A DNA stretch of 64,000 nucleotides. Origin: an uncultured Desulfobacteraceae bacterium. Its GTDB lineage: Bacteria > Desulfobacterota > Desulfobacteria > Desulfobacterales > SKZT01. Every line of letters begins with the position of its first letter. The first letter of the stretch is position 1. Below are positions 28,550 through 37,701 of this stretch, in pieces. The notes below the pieces were generated by a model, which was not told the DNA's origin, searched no databases, and worked only from the letters and a program-made list of their open reading frames with translations. Location of the stretch: assembly GCA_964575975.1 (NCBI GenBank), contig CAZNTU010000003.1, positions 23,811 to 87,810 of the forward strand. Reading direction: 5' to 3'. The position numbers and the translations under genes are program-made.

Positions 28550-29640
28550 AAAAAATAATCGGCCCCCTGATTTTCGTATTGGTGGCTTTGCTGGTGGGCG
28601 TATGGCAATGGTTCGGCGGCGAGGATGCGATCACCAAGCCCCAAATCCCCGAAAACGCAACCCTCTCCGTGTGCGTGGGCGGAGAGAAAGAGCAGTATTT
28701 GGAAAACCCCGAGGTCAGGGAAATTCTAAGGACCAAGCACGGGATTACTCTAAACGCCACCAAGGCTGGAAGTATCGAAATGGTGACCGGTCTTTCGACG
28801 GAAGGCATCGACGCCCTTTGGCCCAGCAACCAAATCGCGGTTGACATGTACAGGAACCGGGGGGGGAGAATCGAGGCTGAACAGAACATGTTCAACTCGC
28901 CCATTGTTCTCTATACCTATGATTTAGTCGGCGACGCCCTGATCGCGCAGAAAATCGTAGAGGTGAAAAACGGAAGCTACTACGTGGTGGATTTTCTGAA
29001 ACTGATCGATCTTATCCGCGAGAAAAAGCAGTGGAGGGAAATCGGCCTTCCCGAACTTTACGGAAACGTGGCCATTTTCTCGACCGACCCCAGGCGGAGC
29101 AATTCCGGAAACATGTTCTGCGGCTTGCTCGCCAACATGTTCAACGGCGGCGCCACCGTGGCTGCGGACACGGTGGACGAAGTGCTGCCCCAGGTCAAGG
29201 ACTATTTCGCCCGGCGCGGATATATGGAACACAGCTCGGGGGATATTTTCAAGAATTTCATCACCACCGGCGTGGGCGCCAAACCCATCATCGTCGGCTA
29301 CGAAAACCAATTGGTGGAATTCTCCATCCAGAATGAAAAATACAACGAGTATCTAAAAGAAAAGATCAGGACGCTATACCCCATTCCGACCATGTGGAGT
29401 TCCCACCCGGTGATCGCGCTCAACAAAAACGGCAAGCGACTGATCGAGGCGTTCAAGGACGAGAGGCTCCAGAAAATCGCGTGGGAGACCCACGGTTTCC
29501 GCTCCGGGCTCATGGGCGTGGAAAACGACCCGGCGGTTTTGAAGGTAACGGGCATTCCAAAGGATATCACGGCGGTCGTTCCCATGCCGGAAACGGCCGT
29601 GATGGAAAAAATTCTCTCGGCATTGGAACCTGGAGGTTGA
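28546..29640 (+). CDS. membrane-anchored/exported substrate-binding-like protein
   Basis: GTG start overlapping the upstream stop (GTGA), with AAGGAG RBS. N-terminal hydrophobic anchor. PBP-like fold inferred from alternating pattern. Confidence 0.65.
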   Translation: MKKIIGPLIFVLVALLVGVWQWFGGEDAITKPQIPENATLSVCVGGEKEQYLENPEVREILRTKHGITLNATKAGSIEMVTGLSTEGIDALWPSNQIAVDMYRNRGGRIEAEQNMFNSPIVLYTYDLVGDALIAQKIVEVKNGSYYVVDFLKLIDLIREKKQWREIGLPELYGNVAIFSTDPRRSNSGNMFCGLLANMFNGGATVAADTVDEVLPQVKDYFARRGYMEHSSGDIFKNFITTGVGAKPIIVGYENQLVEFSIQNEKYNEYLKEKIRTLYPIPTMWSSHPVIALNKNGKRLIEAFKDERLQKIAWETHGFRSGLMGVENDPAVLKVTGIPKDITAVVPMPETAVMEKILSALEPGG

Positions 29641-29646
29641 ACGTCC

Positions 29647-30525
29647 CTACCCTTTCACCAAAATCAAAGCCGCCCCCGCCACCATGAAGAGAGCGCCCAG
29701 AAACCTTAACCGGATGTTTTTCTCCCGAAACAGAAACCAGCCGTACAGCACCCCGAAGAGGACGGACAACCTTTTGACCGAAATCATGTATGCCGCTTGG
29801 GTCATGGAAATCGCCAATCCGTGGAATAACGCGTGGCAAAAAACGAAAAATCCTGTGAGAGCGCCCTCCCATGGCTGCCGCAACAAACTTCGCATCCTGA
29901 TTTTTCCAACGGTCAAAAGAAAAATCAACATTAACGGACCGAACGCCGCGAAAAACGAAACGGAAAAGAATACCGGCGAGGAATGCAAAATGGCCAACTT
30001 TCCGACAACCGCTCCGAAGCTGTACATGAAAGCGACGGTAAACATCAACCGCGAACCGGTTTCGCGGAAAAACGCCTTGAACGGTCCCAGCAAGGACCAT
30101 TTGCCGGGCTCGAGATGCAGGATATAGCTTCCGGCGCAAATGGACAATATCCCCCCCGCCCCGTACGCGTTGGGAACCTCCCCCAGAAAGACGAACCCCG
30201 TTCCGATCATGAAAACGGGGGTAAATGCCAAATACGGAAGAGTCAGAGACAACGGAGAGCTTTTGATCGCCGCCATGTGGAGCAAATAGGCCGCCCCGTT
30301 CAACGGCAGACTCGACAAGAAAGTCCATACAAAAACCTCGTCGAGAGGAGGAACCGGGACCCAGGGAAGGACGCACCAAAACATGGGAATGCTGTAAAGG
30401 AACTGATATGCCGTCATTTCGTAGGTGGTGAGCCCGGAGAAGAACTTTTTCGCGAACGCCTCCTGGGAGGAAGCGGCAAGCGCGGTTAGAAGGGATAGGT
30501 ACAACCATGTTTGGTTTTCAAGCAT
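29647..30525 (-). CDS. EamA/DMT-family transporter
   Basis: 10 TM segments arranged as two EamA-like repeats. Confidence 0.85.
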   Translation of the reverse strand: MLENQTWLYLSLLTALAASSQEAFAKKFFSGLTTYEMTAYQFLYSIPMFWCVLPWVPVPPLDEVFVWTFLSSLPLNGAAYLLHMAAIKSSPLSLTLPYLAFTPVFMIGTGFVFLGEVPNAYGAGGILSICAGSYILHLEPGKWSLLGPFKAFFRETGSRLMFTVAFMYSFGAVVGKLAILHSSPVFFSVSFFAAFGPLMLIFLLTVGKIRMRSLLRQPWEGALTGFFVFCHALFHGLAISMTQAAYMISVKRLSVLFGVLYGWFLFREKNIRLRFLGALFMVAGAALILVKG

Positions 30526-30762
30526 GATGTATTTTTTCCATAGTTCGTTTCAAAATACAAGTCCGATGCCGCAAGTGCAAACGCGCCTGTATCGAAACGG
30601 CCGATCGTGAATTCCAGCCCGAAATTTCGGTCTTGGATATGTTGTTTTCATTTTTTCGAAAAAAGGATATATTAATCGTCGATTTTGCATGAGACACTCA
30701 AATTCGGAAAATCGTTCGGCTCGGAAAAGAAGCTTGAAATCGAACCCGGACGCGGAGGCGGC

Positions 30763-31233
30763 ATGAAATTTTCGACGAAAAACAGCGTTTTCAGATCCAA
30801 TTCGAGGCGCGGTAGAGGTTTCACCCTGATAGAACTCATGGTGGTCATCGTGATCCTCGGCATTCTCGCGGGCCTTATCGTTCCGAGAATCATGGGACGC
30901 CCCGAGGAGGCCAAGCAACTCAAGGCCAAGATGCAGATCGAAAGCATCGAAACGGCCCTGAAGCTTTATAAGCTGGACAATGGCATGTACCCTTCCACGG
31001 AACAGGGGCTCCAAGCCCTTGTGGCAATGCCCGAAACGGGTAGCATCCCCAAAAAATGGAGAAAGGAGGGGTACCTGGAAAAGGGCAAGGTGCCAAAAGA
31101 CCCTTGGGGAAACGAATTCGTCTATTTAAGCCCGGGCATGCACCACGAATTCGATCTTGTTTCCTACGGGGCCGACGGAGTCGCCGGAGGCGAGGACCAA
31201 AACAAGGATATCTCCAACTGGGACATCGAATAG
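30763..31233 (+). CDS. gspG: type II secretion major pseudopilin GspG
   Basis: GGAGG RBS. Prepilin motif 'RGFTLIELMVVI'. 'PKDPWGNEFVYLSPG...DLVSYGADG' is the GspG signature. Confidence 0.9.
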   Translation: MKFSTKNSVFRSNSRRGRGFTLIELMVVIVILGILAGLIVPRIMGRPEEAKQLKAKMQIESIETALKLYKLDNGMYPSTEQGLQALVAMPETGSIPKKWRKEGYLEKGKVPKDPWGNEFVYLSPGMHHEFDLVSYGADGVAGGEDQNKDISNWDIE

Positions 31234-31253
31234 ACGAAACTATAGGAAACGAA

Positions 31254-31748
31254 ATGGCGCGTTCGCGTTCCGCCTGCGGATTCACGCTGATCGAATTGGT
31301 CGTGGTCGTTTCTTTGATTGCGCTCATGTTTTTTTTCACGTTTCCGAGAATCCATCGTTTCATGTTTTCCAACGACGCCGACAACGCGACCCGGCAATTC
31401 GTCGGAACGATCAGGCAATTGAAGGTAAACGCTTTGCGGTCCGAAACGAAGCACACGCTCCATCTGAATATTCAAGGGGGCAGGATGTGGACGACCAACG
31501 AAGCAATGACCGAGGAGCAAAAAGAGGATGCGTGTGCGGAAAGCGTCGAATTTCCGGAGGGATTCGAAATTTTGGAGGTCGAATTGCCTTTGAGGGAAGA
31601 GGCGGTGCGGGATTCCGCGGAAATCGGTTTTTACCCGGGAGGATATTCGGACAAGGCGATTATTTGCCTGAAGATTGGTCAAGAAGAGCGACTGTCGCTT
31701 GTGCTGGAGCCGTTCCTGCCGGAGGTCCGGATTGTCGAATGGCAATAG
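31254..31748 (+). CDS. gspH: minor pseudopilin GspH-like
   Basis: 'CGFTLIELVVVV' prepilin motif; size and position. Confidence 0.7.
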   Translation: MARSRSACGFTLIELVVVVSLIALMFFFTFPRIHRFMFSNDADNATRQFVGTIRQLKVNALRSETKHTLHLNIQGGRMWTTNEAMTEEQKEDACAESVEFPEGFEILEVELPLREEAVRDSAEIGFYPGGYSDKAIICLKIGQEERLSLVLEPFLPEVRIVEWQ

Positions 31749-32152
31749 AATTCCGGGATATCGCGCGAAACAGCCAAGGATTTACCTTGCTTGAGATTCT
31801 TGCCGCCCTCGCTATCCTTTCCATTGTCATGATCGGAGTCTATACATTGCAGGGCCAAACCATCGCCATGGGCAATTCCGCCGGATTCTACGCCGAGGCG
31901 CCCATGCTGGCCAATCGGGTATTGAGCGACTTCGACGCGGCGACCGCCCAAGACCGCTTCGGCGACGGGGACAGCGGCCATTTCGAAGAACCTTTCGACG
32001 GCTATCGATGGGCCTTGTCGATCCGAAGCGGGGGCGGGGAGCTTCCGGACGAGATCTCGAGGGATTTCGTAAAGCTCGAGATCGAAATCGAACGAACCGA
32101 AGATGAACGCACTTTCAATCTCGTCGCCTACAGATTCTTGCGTCCGCAATAA
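31739..32152 (+). CDS. gspI: minor pseudopilin GspI-like
   Basis: 'QGFTLLEILAALAI' prepilin motif; about 137 aa; 10-nt overlap with gspH. Confidence 0.7.
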   Translation: MAIEFRDIARNSQGFTLLEILAALAILSIVMIGVYTLQGQTIAMGNSAGFYAEAPMLANRVLSDFDAATAQDRFGDGDSGHFEEPFDGYRWALSIRSGGGELPDEISRDFVKLEIEIERTEDERTFNLVAYRFLRPQ

Positions 32153-32813
32153 ACGCGGATTCACGCTCGTCGAAATTCTCGTTGCCATGTTCGTCTTCGC
32201 GATTTTGGCGAGTACGCTGTTCGGCTCGTTCAATTTTCTGTTCAAGAACGTGGACGCGCTGAAAGACGCAGGCGTAGTTCACGACATGGCTTCGCGGTGT
32301 CTATTGCGTTTCATTGTGGACTTGGAGTCGGCCCAGGTCACTCCCCGCGCCTTTTATACCGTCTCCGACTCTATCGGGGAATCCGACCCGTTTCGGATAG
32401 TGGGCGGAGTCGGCATTCCCGGTTCCGACGGCGAACCCGGTCTGAGATTTTCGTCCCGTGCCCATCTTCCCTTTTACGGCCATTCGGAGGAAGACTCGGC
32501 GGAGATTGTCTATTATTTCGATCGCGAGGACGACGGATCGGGAGTTTTGAGACGCGCCGACCGAGTTTTCGCCGAAGAACCCTTCGAAGCCTCGGAAAAG
32601 GATCCCGTTGTCTGCGAATCGGTGGAGTCGGTTTCTTTCGCATTTTTCGACGGCGAGGGCAACCGGTTCGATCATTGGGATTCCGATTCGGTATCATTTG
32701 ATTACTCCACGCCGACATCCGTCGAAATTAGACTTGGCGTTTCGGGAAAATCCGGAATTTTTGAATTCGGAACGCGAACGGCCATTCCCGTCGTCAGAGA
32801 GAAGAAGAAATGA
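32103..32813 (+). CDS. gspJ: minor pseudopilin GspJ-like
   Basis: 'RGFTLVEILVAMFV' prepilin motif; about 236 aa; overlaps gspI by 50 nt. Confidence 0.7.
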   Translation: MNALSISSPTDSCVRNKRGFTLVEILVAMFVFAILASTLFGSFNFLFKNVDALKDAGVVHDMASRCLLRFIVDLESAQVTPRAFYTVSDSIGESDPFRIVGGVGIPGSDGEPGLRFSSRAHLPFYGHSEEDSAEIVYYFDREDDGSGVLRRADRVFAEEPFEASEKDPVVCESVESVSFAFFDGEGNRFDHWDSDSVSFDYSTPTSVEIRLGVSGKSGIFEFGTRTAIPVVREKKK

Positions 32814-33898
32814 CCGAGCCGGATGCGCCCTGCAAAAGTTTGGAAAGCCAACGCGGAATCGCTCTTTTGATCACGCTCGCTTTTATCGCGGTCCTTATTG
32901 CGACCGCGTTGGAATTGAACCGGCGGATGCGGACCGCGGTCGAATCCGCAGCCGAAATCCGCGACCTTGTCACTGCCAAAGCCATGGCCTCTTCGGGGGT
33001 GCATGGAGCAATGGCGCTGTTGGTTGCGGACAAACGAGTCACTTTGGTCGATTCCGTTCAGGAAATTTGGGCCGATTCGAAGGCGCTTGCGCTTTTGCTC
33101 GCCGCAATGCCTTTCGAGGAAGGGGAGCTTACGGTCGGAATAACCGACGAGTTGTCTAGAATTCAAGTGAACGCCTTGGTAGATTCGCCGGACGGGCGCA
33201 ATTTCAATCCCGCGCAGAAAATCCTGTGGTTGAATTTTCTTGACGGAGTCATCCCGAAAGACGCCCGGGACGCCAACCATAATCCCGAATCGATCGTTGA
33301 TTGCGTCAAAGACTGGATCGATTCCGGGGACGACGACGCGATTACCGGTCTGAACGGGGCCGAATCGGGCTACTACAAAAGCCTTGATCCGCCCTACGGA
33401 TGCCCCGACCGCTATTTCGCCGATCCTGCGGAGCTTGCCCGGGTCAAAGGGATTTCAAGAAAATTGTATGCGGGCGACGCGGGAAAGCCCGGAATATCGG
33501 ACTTCGTAACCGTGTTCGGCGTCCCGGGGGCGAACGGAGACGAAATCGAATTTCCAGGCAGGATCAACATCAACACGGCAAAGGCGCCTGTTTTGAAAGC
33601 TCTCTTCGGCCCCGAATACCAGGACCAGGTGGAAAAGGTCCTGGAATACCGCGCGGAAAAAGCGGGAGACGACTACGTCCACGACCTTTCCAAGAAAGAG
33701 TGGTACAAAAGCGTGCCGGGTTTCCGATCGGCCAAAATCGATCCGGAACTGGTCGCCTTGAAAAGCGATTTGTTTCGAATCGAAGCCGTCGCCCGTGTAA
33801 ACGAAACCCGTTCGACGGTTATAGCGGTCGTGCATCGGCAAAAAGCGCCGAAAACGAAGAAAATGTGGTGTAAGATCTTGAATTGGCAAGTAAAATAG
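32810..33898 (+). CDS. gspK: minor pseudopilin GspK
   Basis: 'QRGIALLITLAFIAVL' (no Glu5, as in GspK). HhH-like region 'INTAKAPVLKAL'. ATGA overlap with gspJ. Confidence 0.8.
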   Translation: MTEPDAPCKSLESQRGIALLITLAFIAVLIATALELNRRMRTAVESAAEIRDLVTAKAMASSGVHGAMALLVADKRVTLVDSVQEIWADSKALALLLAAMPFEEGELTVGITDELSRIQVNALVDSPDGRNFNPAQKILWLNFLDGVIPKDARDANHNPESIVDCVKDWIDSGDDDAITGLNGAESGYYKSLDPPYGCPDRYFADPAELARVKGISRKLYAGDAGKPGISDFVTVFGVPGANGDEIEFPGRININTAKAPVLKALFGPEYQDQVEKVLEYRAEKAGDDYVHDLSKKEWYKSVPGFRSAKIDPELVALKSDLFRIEAVARVNETRSTVIAVVHRQKAPKTKKMWCKILNWQVK

Positions 33899-33976
33899 AA
33901 TATGCTGTTTTTCAATGTTCGTTCTTTCCATGCAGTAAGCAACTCTAACGTTCTGACAGTATTTATATTGCTTTCT

Positions 33977-35413
33977 ATGCCCAAATTCGTCCTAGGACTC
34001 GATATTTGCGAGACTTCCATATCGGCGGCGCTGATCAAGATCGGCCTGAAAAACAGCAGGCTCGTTTACGGCAGACGCCTGCCCGTTTCGTTGAACAACG
34101 GCGACGCCTACCGGAAATTGACGGAAGCTCTATTGGCATTGGCCAAATCCATGCCCGTAGCTCCCGATGCCATTTCGGCGTCCCTTCCATCGGCATGGGT
34201 CTCGTTTCGAAACATAAACGCCCCTTTTAAAAATCCTCAGAAAATCCGAAAGATTCTTCCCTACGAACTGGAACCGATGCTCGCGATACCAGTCAGCGAA
34301 GCGAGCGTGGTCATAGCGGCGCAAACCGAAGACAAGTCCCAAATCACTGCCGCCGCTATCGAACGGCCTGTTCTGGAAATGTTTTTGAATATTTTGTCCG
34401 ACACGGGATTCGAACCTTTTTCGACGACCCCGTCAGGCTACGCGACGGCCTTAAGCCTCGTCAACAGCTCCGATACGCCCGCCCAGGCGATTTTTCTTCA
34501 TTCGGACGCCTTCACTTCGACGATCTACTTGATGAATTCCGGCTCCATATCCTCGATCAGGGCGTTCAAAAGCCCGAATTCCGGCCCCTCCAAATTCGAA
34601 CACGTAGGGAGAAACATCCTGAGAACCATAGCCGCCTTCGAGGAACAATTCTCCTTCGAATTTTTCCCCGAACGCGTGTTCGTATCGGGGACCGACGACA
34701 ATCTGCCGGGACTTCGCGAATTTCTGGAAAAAAAACTCGGCGTGCAGGTTCGACTGGCAGGCACGACACTTTTCGACGGCAAAAAGGTCGCCTTTCCATC
34801 GAACCTGGAACAACCCAAAATGGGAAACGCCTTGTCTCTGGCTTTGCTGGAAAACAGACGGCCGGGATTTCTGAATTTCAGGATGGGGGAATTCGCCGCC
34901 GCCGGAAAATGGGACGAGTACCGACGGTCCATGGCAAGCACGGTTTTGCTGGCGGCGATCGCTCTTGTCCTGTTCGTTTCCTCCATGTTCTACCAAAACC
35001 GTCTTTTGGAAAACAAACTGGAAAGCTTGAATCGGCAAATAGCCACGATTTTCAAGTCCACCTTTCCGGAAGTCTCGAGAATCGTGGACCCCTTCCAGCA
35101 GATGAAAATCAAGGTCGAGGGCATGGAGAAGCAAAGCGGGGTGCCAGGATACGAACACAGGGCGGTGCGGGCGATCGACCTGCTGAACGAAATCAGCAGC
35201 CGAATTCCGGCCGAATACGACATGGAAGTGTCCCGGATGGCCTTGGGATCCGAAAGCATCCAGTTTTCGGGTACCGCCGACACTTTTAAAACGGTGAACG
35301 ACATTCAAGCCAAACTGGAACCGTCCCCGTTTTTTTCGAAGGTTGCCATTTCGTCGGCCAACCAGGAACGTTCCGGCAACCGGGTGCAATTCAACATCAA
35401 GGCGGACTTTTAA
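33977..35413 (+). CDS. gspL: GspL/PilM-like assembly platform protein
   Basis: Actin-like N-terminus 'VLGLDICETSISAAL', a single TM near residue 340 and a PilN/GspL-like periplasmic C-terminus. The ORF extends upstream to 33902. Confidence 0.7.
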   Translation: MPKFVLGLDICETSISAALIKIGLKNSRLVYGRRLPVSLNNGDAYRKLTEALLALAKSMPVAPDAISASLPSAWVSFRNINAPFKNPQKIRKILPYELEPMLAIPVSEASVVIAAQTEDKSQITAAAIERPVLEMFLNILSDTGFEPFSTTPSGYATALSLVNSSDTPAQAIFLHSDAFTSTIYLMNSGSISSIRAFKSPNSGPSKFEHVGRNILRTIAAFEEQFSFEFFPERVFVSGTDDNLPGLREFLEKKLGVQVRLAGTTLFDGKKVAFPSNLEQPKMGNALSLALLENRRPGFLNFRMGEFAAAGKWDEYRRSMASTVLLAAIALVLFVSSMFYQNRLLENKLESLNRQIATIFKSTFPEVSRIVDPFQQMKIKVEGMEKQSGVPGYEHRAVRAIDLLNEISSRIPAEYDMEVSRMALGSESIQFSGTADTFKTVNDIQAKLEPSPFFSKVAISSANQERSGNRVQFNIKADF

Positions 35414-35415
35414 CT

Positions 35416-35946
35416 ATGGCTATTCTGTCGAACCTGCAAAGTCGCGAAAAAAAAGCTCTTGTTTCCATGTTTGCGGCATTGTCCCTGTTTGCGGCAGTTC
35501 AGTTCGTTTTATTTCCGCTGCTGGATCGCAGGGAAACACTCGAACGACAAATTTCGGCGGCGGAAAGGAACCTGGGAGAGATGGAAATACTGCGGGCCCG
35601 CTACTACGATCTCTTGGAGAAGTCCACAGCCGGAGACAAGGTCGCGCACGGCAAGGATTTCAGTCTTTTCAGCCTGATGGAGGAAATCGCGGACCGGTCG
35701 GGAATCAAGGACAACATAACGTATATAAAACCATCCACCTCCGAGAGGAAGGGAACTTCCTACAAAACGGCCATAGTGGAGATAAGGCTCGAGACCATTG
35801 CGATGAACCAGTTGATCCTTTTTTTATACAACGTGGAAGCCTCCGAAACGAAAGCGAACGTCGGCCGGATGTCCATATCCAAGACTTCGAATCCGGAGGG
35901 GTTCGTAAACGCGGTAATCCAAGTCGAAACGCTCTTGGAAACGTAA
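35416..35946 (+). CDS. gspM: GspM-like protein
   Basis: Single N-terminal TM plus a coiled periplasmic domain; position after gspL. Confidence 0.6.
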   Translation: MAILSNLQSREKKALVSMFAALSLFAAVQFVLFPLLDRRETLERQISAAERNLGEMEILRARYYDLLEKSTAGDKVAHGKDFSLFSLMEEIADRSGIKDNITYIKPSTSERKGTSYKTAIVEIRLETIAMNQLILFLYNVEASETKANVGRMSISKTSNPEGFVNAVIQVETLLET

Positions 35947-35965
35947 TGGACGAAGTTTTTTCGGG

Positions 35966-36829
35966 ATGAAGCGAAAACTTAAATGGCTCTTCTATTTGCT
36001 GTATCTTGCTGTCGCATCCATATTTTTTCTCTACGTTATTTTTCCCGGAGATGCGGCGAGAGACCGCTTGCAGGTCCGGGCCGACGAAATTTTTCCCGGG
36101 GCGGAGACGACTCTTGGCCAAACGAGTCCGAACCTTTTCCCTCTTGGAATTTCGATCGATTCCGTCGCATTTTCGGCCTTCGACAGAGAGCTGGTCAGAT
36201 TGGCCGATGTAAGGATTTCGCCTCGGCCGTCGTCCTTTTTTTCGGAAGGAACCGCGTACGGTTTTCAAGGGGAAATCCACGGAGGCTCGATTCAGGGCGT
36301 GTTCGCCGAAGCGACCGAGGCCAACCGGGGAACGTGCTCTTTGGACGCGACTTTTGCGAACCTGAATATCGAGAAGGCCTCCTCGTTGACCGGGTTTTTG
36401 CCGGGAAAGGCGTCCGGCCTTTTGAAAGGAAAAATTTCATGCCGGTTCGACGAGGATGTCAAGGCCGACCTGAATCTGGAACTTTCCATGGGGTGTCTGG
36501 AAATAGACAATGTACTTGTCGGAAAGGAAACTTTCGAATTTTCGGCGGGAGAGGTCTCCGCGAGCATGAGTGGAGGGCTCGTTCACCTGACCGGTTGCGA
36601 CATGCAAGGAAAACAGGCGAACATTTTTCTTTCCGGAAGAATCTACGCGGGACGTTCCGTGGAAGAAAGCCGAATGGAACTGACCGGATATATCGCCCCC
36701 CATCCCGAGTTTTTCGAAAAGCTCAGGAAAAAGGCCCTTGTCGGCTTCATGCCCCAAAGAGCCGGGCCGAAGGGGTATTCTTTCAAAGTGGCGGGAACTT
36801 TTGACAGACCGACCTTTCTCTGGGACTGA
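35966..36829 (+). CDS. gspN: GspN (Leptospira/deltaproteobacterial type)
   Basis: N-terminal TM, about 287 aa; resembles GspN-family proteins of non-gammaproteobacterial T2SS clusters; position. Confidence 0.6.
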   Translation: MKRKLKWLFYLLYLAVASIFFLYVIFPGDAARDRLQVRADEIFPGAETTLGQTSPNLFPLGISIDSVAFSAFDRELVRLADVRISPRPSSFFSEGTAYGFQGEIHGGSIQGVFAEATEANRGTCSLDATFANLNIEKASSLTGFLPGKASGLLKGKISCRFDEDVKADLNLELSMGCLEIDNVLVGKETFEFSAGEVSASMSGGLVHLTGCDMQGKQANIFLSGRIYAGRSVEESRMELTGYIAPHPEFFEKLRKKALVGFMPQRAGPKGYSFKVAGTFDRPTFLWD

Positions 36830-36837
36830 ACGGAACT

Positions 36838-37701
36838 ATGAAGAGAATCTTTTTCCTGGCGGATATCGTCTTGCTGACAGTCATAGCCTACCTGGCGGTC
36901 GTCGGATTCTATTCGAGTTTCGAATACAATCCGAACGCCGCAAGGACCTCCGGGGTAGTCCGCATGCCGATGCCGTCCGAAGCCGAATCGGCCCGGCGAC
37001 CTTTTTCCTATTACCAGCAGGCGATCGACAGGAACCTTTTCAGGACAAGCTCGTCGCCAAAGGACATACAGCCCCGGATCAACCTGGCGAACTTGGAACG
37101 AACCGGTTTGGACTTGGTTCTTCTCGGCACGGTCTTGGCCGAAAACGGTCCTTCTTACGCGGTCATTCAGTTAAAAGGGCAAAAAACACAAGGGCTTTTC
37201 AGGGAAGGCGATTCCGTTTCCGGCGCGATCCTGAAAATGATCCTTAGGGAGGAAGTGGTTCTTAGGGTCGGAGACAGGGATGAAATCCTTCGAATGGAAA
37301 AGGACGAAACGAACAAAAGGGTGATTCGAGCCGCAACCGTCGCCGAGCGGATCGAAAAACCCGAACCTGCCAACGGCATGCGGATCGTTTTGAACCGAAA
37401 CGAAATCCAGAAGGCGGTCGGAAACGTCAGCGATCTCATGACCCAGGCGCAGATCAACCCGCATTACAAGGAAGGGGATAAAACATCCTCGGGTCTTTCC
37501 ATATCGTCCATAAGAGACGATTCGATTTTCAAAAAGATGGGATTGAGGGACGACGACGTTATCAGGGGAGTCGACGGTCGGGAAATTCAATCCCTGGACG
37601 ACGCCCTTGCTTTGTACCGGCACATGAGAAGCTCGGACAACGTAACTCTGCAGGTAATCAGAAGAGGAAAAGAAATAGACCTCGACTATGTCATCGAATG
37701 A
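36838..37701 (+). CDS. gspC: GspC-like protein with C-terminal PDZ domain
   Basis: N-terminal TM and a PDZ-like 'GLSISSIRDDSIFKKMGLRDDDVIRGVDG'. Lies directly upstream of the secretin. Confidence 0.65.
   Translation: MKRIFFLADIVLLTVIAYLAVVGFYSSFEYNPNAARTSGVVRMPMPSEAESARRPFSYYQQAIDRNLFRTSSSPKDIQPRINLANLERTGLDLVLLGTVLAENGPSYAVIQLKGQKTQGLFREGDSVSGAILKMILREEVVLRVGDRDEILRMEKDETNKRVIRAATVAERIEKPEPANGMRIVLNRNEIQKAVGNVSDLMTQAQINPHYKEGDKTSSGLSISSIRDDSIFKKMGLRDDDVIRGVDGREIQSLDDALALYRHMRSSDNVTLQVIRRGKEIDLDYVIE

Noticed and set aside
30526-30762. Possible riboswitch (c-di-GMP GEMM-like) or sigma-54 promoter in the 237-nt leader of the T2SS operon. The 294-nt OmpA leader (61449-61742) was considered in the same way.
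   Set aside because: I could not find the conserved GEMM cores (GGCAAACC / ACGCAAAGCC-type) or a correctly spaced GG-N10-GC element. Only generic small hairpins are present. An Infernal scan would settle it.
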